A stretch of DNA of 24,000 nucleotides from Alistipes sp. (GTDB lineage: Bacteria > Bacteroidota > Bacteroidia > Bacteroidales > Rikenellaceae), in the NCBI RefSeq assembly GCF_048465575.1, contig NZ_DBFWLG010000034.1:16568-40567 (forward strand). The letters are read 5' to 3'. The position numbers were made by a program, and so were the translations under genes. The notes beneath the pieces were generated by a model, which was given only the letters and a program-made list of their open reading frames with translations, searched no databases and was not told where the DNA came from. This document shows positions 17,726 to 23,450 of the stretch, one piece after another; within the stretch, counting starts at the first letter, position 1, and each line of letters opens with the position of its first letter.

Positions 17726-18397
17726 CTACTTGCAGCAGTCGGAACTCTTCTTTTCGGACGAGGAGCCGTAGCCCGATTCTTTCTCTTTCTCGGGATCGAG
17801 GCTGCCGCCGTGGCTCGAGCTCTGGCCTCCGCTGCAAGGGCTGCCCTGGCCATACTCTTTCTCGTTCTGGCCGTATTGACCATGCTCTTTCTGGCCCTGG
17901 GCGTACTGGCCGCTCTGGCTCTGCTGGCCATACTCCTGCTGGCCCTGGCCGTATTGGCTGCCCTGACCGTACTGGCCGCTCTGACCCTGCTGGCCGTACT
18001 CCTGCTGGCCCTGGCCATATTGGCTGCCCTGACCTTGCTGGCCATACTGACCGCTCTGCGAGGAGGAGCCGTGGCTCTGGCCCTGGCCGTATTGGCTGCT
18101 CTGACCGTACTGGCCGCTCTGGCCCTGCTGGCCCGACTGGTATTTGTCGCCCAAGCTCTCTTCGTTCATCTTGCTGCCGTAGCTCTGGCCCGAGCCGCTG
18201 TTCTGGTGTCCATAGGACGAGCCCGACTCGTCTTTCCACGACGAGCCGCCGGTCTGCTGCTCCTGATAGGACTTGTTCTCGGTGCCGGGATAGGGCTGGT
18301 CGCTCTGCGAGTTCTGGCTGCCCGATTCGTAGCCGTTGCCCGTCGAATTTTTCATCTTCTCACGATCTTCGCCGTACATGTTGTCTTTCTTTTCCAT
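17726..18397 (-). CDS. S/Y/G/Q-rich intrinsically disordered hydrophilin-like protein (no recognised family)
   Basis: 223 aa from MEKKDNMYGEDREKMKN (internal ATG of ORF 17726..18436). GC-rich third codon positions, its own terminator, and the same strand as the neighbouring stress genes. The sequence is dominated by (S/Q/E)YGQ motifs. Confidence 0.8.
   Translation of the reverse strand: MEKKDNMYGEDREKMKNSTGNGYESGSQNSQSDQPYPGTENKSYQEQQTGGSSWKDESGSSYGHQNSGSGQSYGSKMNEESLGDKYQSGQQGQSGQYGQSSQYGQGQSHGSSSQSGQYGQQGQGSQYGQGQQEYGQQGQSGQYGQGSQYGQGQQEYGQQSQSGQYAQGQKEHGQYGQNEKEYGQGSPCSGGQSSSHGGSLDPEKEKESGYGSSSEKKSSDCCK
17897..18028 (-). repeat. Intragenic tandem duplication, 2 x 66 nt (22-aa unit GSQYGQGQQEYGQQ(G/S)QSGQY(G/A)Q)
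   Basis: Units 17897-17962 and 17963-18028 differ at only a few nucleotides. More degenerate copies flank them. Confidence 0.9.
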
Positions 18398-18473
18398 AAT
18401 CGAAATTTTAGGTGGTTCTGCTCTATGAACATGCAAATCGCGTACAAAGAGCGGATGGACGGGACCGAAAATG

Positions 18474-18719
18474 CTACCGTCCGTAGGTGTTGTCGTGCCC
18501 CTCGGTCTTGACGACCTTGTTGTAGAGGCCCATGATCAGGAGCGGTGCCGCCCACTGGCCCACCATCAGCGCGGTGTGCTTGCGCCGGCCGTGCATCAGG
18601 CACATGGAAACGGTCAGGGCGCTCAGACCGGCTACAAGATAGACCATCGAAGGAATCTTCGAGGTCCGTTTTTCGACGGCAACGGTTGCGCTGCCCTCTT
18701 TGGATTTATCGTTGTACAT
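18474..18719 (-). CDS. Small (81 aa) two-helix membrane protein, hypothetical
   Basis: Two hydrophobic segments (IPSMVYLVAGLSALTVSMCLM and ALMVGQWAAPLLIMGLY) between charged termini. Third codon positions are GC-rich. Confidence 0.7.
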   Translation of the reverse strand: MYNDKSKEGSATVAVEKRTSKIPSMVYLVAGLSALTVSMCLMHGRRKHTALMVGQWAAPLLIMGLYNKVVKTEGHDNTYGR

Positions 18720-18733
18720 TTATGTTGCGGTTT

Positions 18734-18765
18734 AAAAAACCCGGAGCAGGCGCGCCTGCTCCGGG
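18734..18765 (-). terminator. Rho-independent terminator of the lipoprotein gene
   Basis: Perfect 26-nt palindrome CCCGGAGCAGGCG/CGCCTGCTCCGGG followed on the - strand by TTTTTT. Confidence 0.8.
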
Positions 18766-18784
18766 CAGTTCGACAATCGGTTGA

Positions 18785-20032
18785 TTAATAGATCGTGACT
18801 TTGATCAGTTCGTTCACGGCGGGAACCGGGAACGTGCTGCCGACAGCCGTGATGGGCTTGTCCTCAGGCATGACCGTACCGCCGAAGATGTACTGGGCAT
18901 TCCCTGCACCGGGGTACTGGCTGATGGCCGTACCGTCGTCGAGCAGTACCGTCTTGCTGGTCACGTCGCCCTTGGTCAGAGCGGCCAGCGCGGGACCGTT
19001 GGCGAAGAACCAGTCGTTCGAATAACCGAACATGGTTGCGAATGCCACTTTCTCGTTGGTTGCGGCATCGTAGGTGCACGACAGGCTCTCACCCGGCTCG
19101 GCGGTCTCGGTGATCGTGTAGATCTTGCGGACCTGCGGAACTTTCTCGAGCGAGGTCTTCAGCGGCGAGGGATCGCCGCGCTGTGCCAGAGCGGCCAGAC
19201 CGAGCTGTGCGTCTTTCTGGTTGAGCGTATAGATGGGGTTCGTGTCACCCGTGTAGACCACGACGATGGCGCCTGCGAGGGTGGTGATGATACCCGTCTG
19301 CGAAGCTACGAGCGTCTGAAGCGGCGAAACGTTGCTGTTCTCGGCCAGCTGCGTGAGCTCGGTGCTCGATTTCTGGTCGACGCTGAAGAACGGCTTGTCC
19401 ATTACCAGCTCGCCGTCCAGGATGTTCGATACGACGAATACGCCGCCCGAGAAAGGAGTCGAGTTGGCCGTGTTGTTCGAAATGTTGGTGATCGTGCAGG
19501 TGAAGAGCGACTGCGCTACATCGTAGGCCAGGCTGACCTGGAACATGTCCGAAGCGGCGGGGTAGGTGTGGCCTGCGGCATCGGTGCCGTTGACCTCGGT
19601 GACGACGCCCGTCTGGGGAGTACCCGGGTGCGATACGCCGGGCCCCGGCTGCTCGTTGACGCGCGTTCCGTTATCCCACAGCTTCACGGCATTGGCCACG
19701 ATGCCCGTGTTGGGCACGCCCTGGTCGTTGAAAAGTGCGATACCCGGGTTGGCGGGAGCGAAGAACAGGTCGTTCGAATTGCTGTACTTGGAAACCAGCA
19801 TCAGGCGCTGCCCTTTGGCGGCGTAGAACGTAAACTGCGAGGTGGCTCCGGGAGCTGCCGCAGCGAAGGTACCGCTCTGAACATAATTTTTCTTCGCAAC
19901 GACATTCTCGAACTTGATGGTCGGTTTGGTACCGGGGGCACCGTTGTCGTCATCGTCATCGCACGCGGTAAATGCGAATCCTGCGAACAGCAAAGCCGCA
20001 GCGAGCGCGGCGGAAAAGTACTTTTTTTTCAT
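18785..20032 (-). CDS. Lipoprotein with two tandem spondin_N-like domains (function unknown)
   Basis: 415 aa. Signal peptide plus lipobox (LLFAGFAFTAC followed by DDDDD). Two internally similar halves each carry an xSNDxFFA motif (YSNSNDLFFAP and GYSNDWFFANGP). TPFSGGVFVVSN resembles the bacterial spondin_N PLSPGVWAVH motif. The domain call is from memory and unverified. Confidence 0.85.
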   Translation of the reverse strand: MKKKYFSAALAAALLFAGFAFTACDDDDDNGAPGTKPTIKFENVVAKKNYVQSGTFAAAAPGATSQFTFYAAKGQRLMLVSKYSNSNDLFFAPANPGIALFNDQGVPNTGIVANAVKLWDNGTRVNEQPGPGVSHPGTPQTGVVTEVNGTDAAGHTYPAASDMFQVSLAYDVAQSLFTCTITNISNNTANSTPFSGGVFVVSNILDGELVMDKPFFSVDQKSSTELTQLAENSNVSPLQTLVASQTGIITTLAGAIVVVYTGDTNPIYTLNQKDAQLGLAALAQRGDPSPLKTSLEKVPQVRKIYTITETAEPGESLSCTYDAATNEKVAFATMFGYSNDWFFANGPALAALTKGDVTSKTVLLDDGTAISQYPGAGNAQYIFGGTVMPEDKPITAVGSTFPVPAVNELIKVTIY

Positions 20033-20165
20033 AGCTGATTTTGATAATTAATTAAGTGAATATTCGGTTTAACCGTTGTTGCTTTTTATTATAATGTATC
20101 GGTTCATATCAATCGTCGGGATACTCTCCCGGCACATTACCTTGCATCATTAATGCCATAAAAAT

Positions 20166-20173
20166 TACTTTTG
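20166..20173 (+). promoter_or_regulatory. Perfect -7 box TActTTTG with cTTG 21 nt upstream; promoter of the VIT1 gene
   Basis: Exact TAnnTTTG match. TTG at 20142-20144 gives a 21-nt spacer that contains the palindrome CATTAATG (20148-20155). Confidence 0.5.
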
Positions 20174-20370
20174 CGCGGATCGGATTCGCTCACCGGATGC
20201 ACCGCATTGGAAAACACGGGATAAAGGATGCGGAAAATTTTTCGGATGATTTCCGGCCGCCGACCCGTCGGGCGGGAGAAGCCTTTCGGCAGCTGTTTTG
20301 CAGGCAGGCATGCGATGAAAAAGTCACGCTCGGGCTTCCGAAAGCCTTGCGACGCACGAATCACACCAAG

Positions 20371-21234
20371 ATGAACCGAACGACGAAAAACCTGCTCGCC
20401 TTGCAGCGGGACGAAATCACCTTGTGCGAAACCTATCGCCGCCTGGCCCGCTCCGAGAAAGATGCCGGGCGCCAGGCCGTGTTCGTACGCCTTTTGCAGG
20501 ACGAGATACGGCATTGCGATGCGCTGCGCAGCCACACCGGGTGCGAGGTGGCGCCCGATGTCAAGCGGGTCGTACGCTATGTCTGGACGGGACGGATGCT
20601 GGGGCCTGCGTTCGTGGCGCGGCAGATGGAGCGGCGCGAAAAGGGGACCGAGCTGGGGTATGCCCGCTACTGCAAAGGGGCCGAGTTCGTGCAAATCGGC
20701 CTCGACGAACGACGGCACGGCGAGGAACTGACCCGTCTGGCCGCCGGGGTGCGGCTCTCGTACATGAGTTCCGTGGTGCTGGGGCTGAACGATGCGCTGG
20801 TCGAATTCACGGGGGCGCTCGCGGGCTTCACGCTGGCGTTGAACGATCCGCGTCTGGTGGCGCTCACGGGCGGAATCACGGGTATTGCGGCGGCTCTTTC
20901 GATGTCCGCCTCGGAATACCTCTCGACCAAGACCGACCGCAAGGGCGAAAAGCATCCGCTGCGTGCGGCCGGTTGTACGGGTGCGGCCTACATCCTCACC
21001 GTCGGGATACTCATAGCGCCCTACCTGATTTTCTCCGATGCGCTGGTGGCGTTGGGCGTCATGCTCGCGGCGGCGCTGCTCGTGATCGCTCTGTTCAACT
21101 ACTATTATGCGGTGGTGCGGCGCGAGAGTTTTCGGAGGCGGTTTCTCGAAATGGCCATCCTCAGCTTCGGCATTGCCGGGATCAGCTTTTTGATCGGCTA
21201 CCTGCTCAAGTTGATCGTCGGGGTCGACGTATAG
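20371..21234 (+). CDS. Ferritin-like domain / VIT1 (CCC1) family iron-manganese transporter
   Basis: 287 aa from MNRTTKNLLALQRDE. The N-terminal four-helix di-iron pattern is E, ExxH, E, ExxH (QRDEITL, QDEIRH, ERREKG, DERRHG). The VIT1 membrane domain follows (VVLGLNDALVEFTGALAG, SMSASEYLSTK). An upstream ATG at 20197 is an alternative start, but the added 58 codons have a clearly lower third-position GC. Confidence 0.85.
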   Translation: MNRTTKNLLALQRDEITLCETYRRLARSEKDAGRQAVFVRLLQDEIRHCDALRSHTGCEVAPDVKRVVRYVWTGRMLGPAFVARQMERREKGTELGYARYCKGAEFVQIGLDERRHGEELTRLAAGVRLSYMSSVVLGLNDALVEFTGALAGFTLALNDPRLVALTGGITGIAAALSMSASEYLSTKTDRKGEKHPLRAAGCTGAAYILTVGILIAPYLIFSDALVALGVMLAAALLVIALFNYYYAVVRRESFRRRFLEMAILSFGIAGISFLIGYLLKLIVGVDV

Positions 21235-21240
21235 AAACGA

Positions 21241-21283
21241 ATTGCGCGTGTACTTTCCCCCGGGAGAAAGCAACACGCGCAAT
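21241..21283. terminator. Bidirectional stem-loop between the convergent VIT1 and LEA-like genes
   Basis: ATTGCGCGTGT / ACACGCGCAAT (11-bp perfect stem) with inner CTTTC/GAAAG pairing around CCCCGGGA. Confidence 0.65.
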
Positions 21284-21301
21284 CGTGTCTGGCAGGTGCC
21301 G

Positions 21302-21631
21302 TCAGTCGTGCTTCTCGTGGAAGCGGTTGGTGGCCTGATCGACCTTTTCGTCGAACCAGTTGGAGGTTTTGGTCGCCCCCTCCTCGACCTTGTTCTTGAT
21401 CTTCGTTGCAGCTTCGTCGATCTTGCCGCCGGCCTTGTCCATCCCCGAGCGGGTCTCGTTCTCGGCTTTCTTGAACCCCTCTTCGGTGCGGTGGGCCGCC
21501 TGCTGCCCTTTCTCCTCGAGGGTGTGTTCGGCCTCGCGGCCGTGCTCTTCGGCCCGGTTCACCGCTTTTTCGGCGTGGTCGTGCAGGGAGTCGGCGAAAC
21601 GCTCATGGCGTGTGGTGTCGTCGTGTTTCAT
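21302..21631 (-). CDS. His-rich, highly charged helical hydrophilin (LEA/CsbD-like stress protein; family not recognised)
   Basis: 109 aa, MKHDDTTRHERFADSLHDHAEKAVNRAEEHGREAEHTLEEKG.... It has no hydrophobic segment and, by my count, nine His. It starts 13 nt after the glsB-type gene. Confidence 0.8.
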   Translation of the reverse strand: MKHDDTTRHERFADSLHDHAEKAVNRAEEHGREAEHTLEEKGQQAAHRTEEGFKKAENETRSGMDKAGGKIDEAATKIKNKVEEGATKTSNWFDEKVDQATNRFHEKHD

Positions 21632-21644
21632 GGTGTAATGTGTT

Positions 21645-21908
21645 TTAACGTGTAGTGGTTGTTCTGCTGTGACGCGTGATGAGCGATACGATCCACAGGA
21701 GGACCACCGCTCCGATGACCGAGGCGATCAGCGTGCCGAACGTTCCGGTCGGCACCCATCCGAAGAGGGAGACGAGCCAGCCGCCCAAAAGGCCGCCGAT
21801 CAGTCCGACGATCAAATTTATCAGAAGGCCGGACCCGCCGCCCTTGACAATCAGGTTGGCGATCCATCCGGCCACCAGACCTATGAGCAAATACCAGAGA
21901 AAATACAT
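21645..21908 (-). CDS. GlsB/YeaQ/YmgE-family (transglycosylase-associated) stress-response membrane protein
   Basis: 87 aa from MYFLWYLLIGLVAGWIANLIVKGGGSGLLINLIVGLIGGLLGGWL, the typical Gly-zipper three-helix pattern of PF04226-type proteins. This uses the internal ATG of ORF 21645..21944. Confidence 0.88.
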   Translation of the reverse strand: MYFLWYLLIGLVAGWIANLIVKGGGSGLLINLIVGLIGGLLGGWLVSLFGWVPTGTFGTLIASVIGAVVLLWIVSLITRHSRTTTTR

Positions 21909-21982
21909 AGTTTTGTTGTGTTGGTTACGCACCCGAATGTGCAAAATCCGTACCCACGGAGATTATCCGACGCAAATAGATG

Positions 21983-22010
21983 AAAAAAGACACGCCCGGG
22001 GCGGGGCGTG
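21983..22010 (-). terminator. Rho-independent terminator of ugd
   Basis: On the - strand: CACGCCC cgcccc GGGCGTG, then tc and TTTTTT. Confidence 0.65.
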
Positions 22011-22037
22011 CCTTTGCGTAAGTCGATGGGAGAAAAG

Positions 22038-23354
22038 CTATTTGCCGATCGCAGAGTAGCGGAAACCGGCCCGGAGCACCTCCTCCTTGTCGAAGATGTT
22101 GCGGCCGTCGACCAGCGCGTCGCCGCGCATGATGCGGTGCAGCAACTTCCAGTCGGGCATGCGAAACTCTTTCCATTCGGTAATGAGGGCGATGGCGTCG
22201 GCCCCTTGGGCGGCTTCGTACATGGTCTGCGCATAACGGACCCGCTCGCTGCCGATCCGGCGCCGGCACTCGGGCATGGCGACCGGATCGTAGACCGCGA
22301 CCTCGGCGCCCGCAGCGGTCAGCAGGTCGATGACGACCAGCGCCGGAGCTTCGCGCATGTCGTCGGTCTCGGGTTTGAACGAAAGGCCCCACAAAGCGAT
22401 GCGGCGGCCCCGAAGATCGCCCAGCAGCCCGCGGAGCTTCTCGAAGACGATCGATTTCTGCTCCTCGTTAACCCGCTCCACGGCCTCGATGACCTGCATC
22501 GTGTAGCCGTGTTCGCGGGCCGTGCGGGCCAGCGCTTTCACGTCTTTGGGGAAGCACGAACCCCCGTAGCCGCAGCCGGGGTAGAGGAACTTGTTGCCGA
22601 TGCGGGCGTCGGAACCGATCCCCTTGCGGACCATCTCCACGTCGGCGCCCACGCGGTCGCAGAGGTTTGCGATCTCGTTCATGAACGAGATGCGGGTGGC
22701 CAGCATGGCGTTGGCGGCGTATTTGGTCATCTCGGCCGAGGGAATGTCCATGAACAGGACGCGGAAATTGTTGATCAGGAAAGGCCGGTAGAGCCGGGCC
22801 ATCAACTCGCGGGCCCGCTGGCTTTCGACACCGACCACCACGCGGTCGGGCGACATGAAATCCTTGATCGCGGCGCCCTCTTTGAGGAACTCGGGATTCG
22901 AAGCCACGTCGAAAGGCACCTCGCGGCCGCGCTTGCGCAGCTCCTCCTCGATGACGGTTTTGACCCTCTGCGCCGTACCCACCGGGACGGTGCTCTTGGT
23001 CACCAGCACGGTGTACTTGTCGATCAGGCGCCCGAACGTGCGGGCCACCTCAAGGACATACCTCAGGTCGGCCGAGCCGTCCTCGTCGGGCGGGGTGCCG
23101 ACGGCCGAGAAGACCACCTCGACCTCGGGGAGACACGCCGCCAGGTCGGTGGTGAAATGGAGCCTGCCGGCCTCGACGTTGCGCCGGACCAACTCTTCGA
23201 GGCCGGGTTCGTAGATGGGGATTTCGCCCCGGTTGAGCGCCTCGATCTTCTCCCGGTCGGTATCGACGCAGGTGATGTCGAGCCCCATCTCGGCAAAACA
23301 GGTTCCCGAGACCAGACCGACATAGCCCGTTCCCACAATTGCTATTTTCATCAT
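22038..23354 (-). CDS. ugd: UDP-glucose 6-dehydrogenase
   Basis: 438 aa. Rossmann motif MKIAIVGTGYVGLVSG, catalytic-Cys motif GYGGSCFPKDV and LSFKPETDDMREAP. Confidence 0.95.
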   Translation of the reverse strand: MMKIAIVGTGYVGLVSGTCFAEMGLDITCVDTDREKIEALNRGEIPIYEPGLEELVRRNVEAGRLHFTTDLAACLPEVEVVFSAVGTPPDEDGSADLRYVLEVARTFGRLIDKYTVLVTKSTVPVGTAQRVKTVIEEELRKRGREVPFDVASNPEFLKEGAAIKDFMSPDRVVVGVESQRARELMARLYRPFLINNFRVLFMDIPSAEMTKYAANAMLATRISFMNEIANLCDRVGADVEMVRKGIGSDARIGNKFLYPGCGYGGSCFPKDVKALARTAREHGYTMQVIEAVERVNEEQKSIVFEKLRGLLGDLRGRRIALWGLSFKPETDDMREAPALVVIDLLTAAGAEVAVYDPVAMPECRRRIGSERVRYAQTMYEAAQGADAIALITEWKEFRMPDWKLLHRIMRGDALVDGRNIFDKEEVLRAGFRYSAIGK

Positions 23355-23378
23355 ATCCGTTTCATTCCTTTCGGAAGA

Positions 23379-23386
23379 TAAAGATA
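23379..23386 (-). promoter_or_regulatory. Candidate -7 box TAtcTTTA upstream of ugd
   Basis: 7 of 8 match to TAnnTTTG on the - strand, 24 nt upstream of the ATG at 23354. Confidence 0.35.
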
Positions 23387-23420
23387 GTGTTTTTTCGGGA
23401 TATGCAAGGCCGGCTCCAGG

Positions 23421-23443
23421 AAAAAAGAGCGGTCCGGCCGCCC
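23421..23443 (-). terminator. Rho-independent terminator of the fprA-type gene
   Basis: On the - strand: GGGCGG ccgga CCGCTC (6-bp stem with one G-U pair) followed by TTTTTT. Confidence 0.55.
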
Positions 23444-23450
23444 TTTTCCG

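Noticed and set aside
17633-18511. 292-aa Leu/Ala-rich, apparently multi-TM ORF on the + strand opposite the S/Y/G/Q protein gene
   Set aside because: It is the mirror image of CAG/GGC/TAC-rich codons (CTG/GCC/GTA). It starts inside the catalase promoter region, runs through the - strand terminator and into the next gene, and has no terminator of its own. I cannot exclude it completely without expression data.
20347-20353. A fourth TTGCGAC core, as a possible further copy of the dispersed repeat
   Set aside because: A 7-mer is expected by chance a few times in 24 kb on two strands, and the flanking sequence does not match the element.
20174-20370. yybP-ykoY (Mn2+) or another known metal riboswitch in the VIT1 leader
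   Set aside because: The conserved GGGGAGUAG and UUGACAUA-type elements of yybP-ykoY are absent, and I recognise no other riboswitch core. It is kept only as an unexplained long leader.
20197-20370. Upstream ATG giving a 345-aa VIT1 protein
   Set aside because: The added 58 codons have visibly lower third-position GC, by my count about 60% against much higher in the gene body. The ferritin-like four-helix motif set is complete from M at 20371. The question stays open because the best promoter lies just upstream of 20197.
20033-20370. Invertible promoter (inverton) between the lipoprotein and VIT1 genes
   Set aside because: I found only short local palindromes. There is no pair of 15-30 bp inverted repeats flanking the region, and no nearby recombinase gene.
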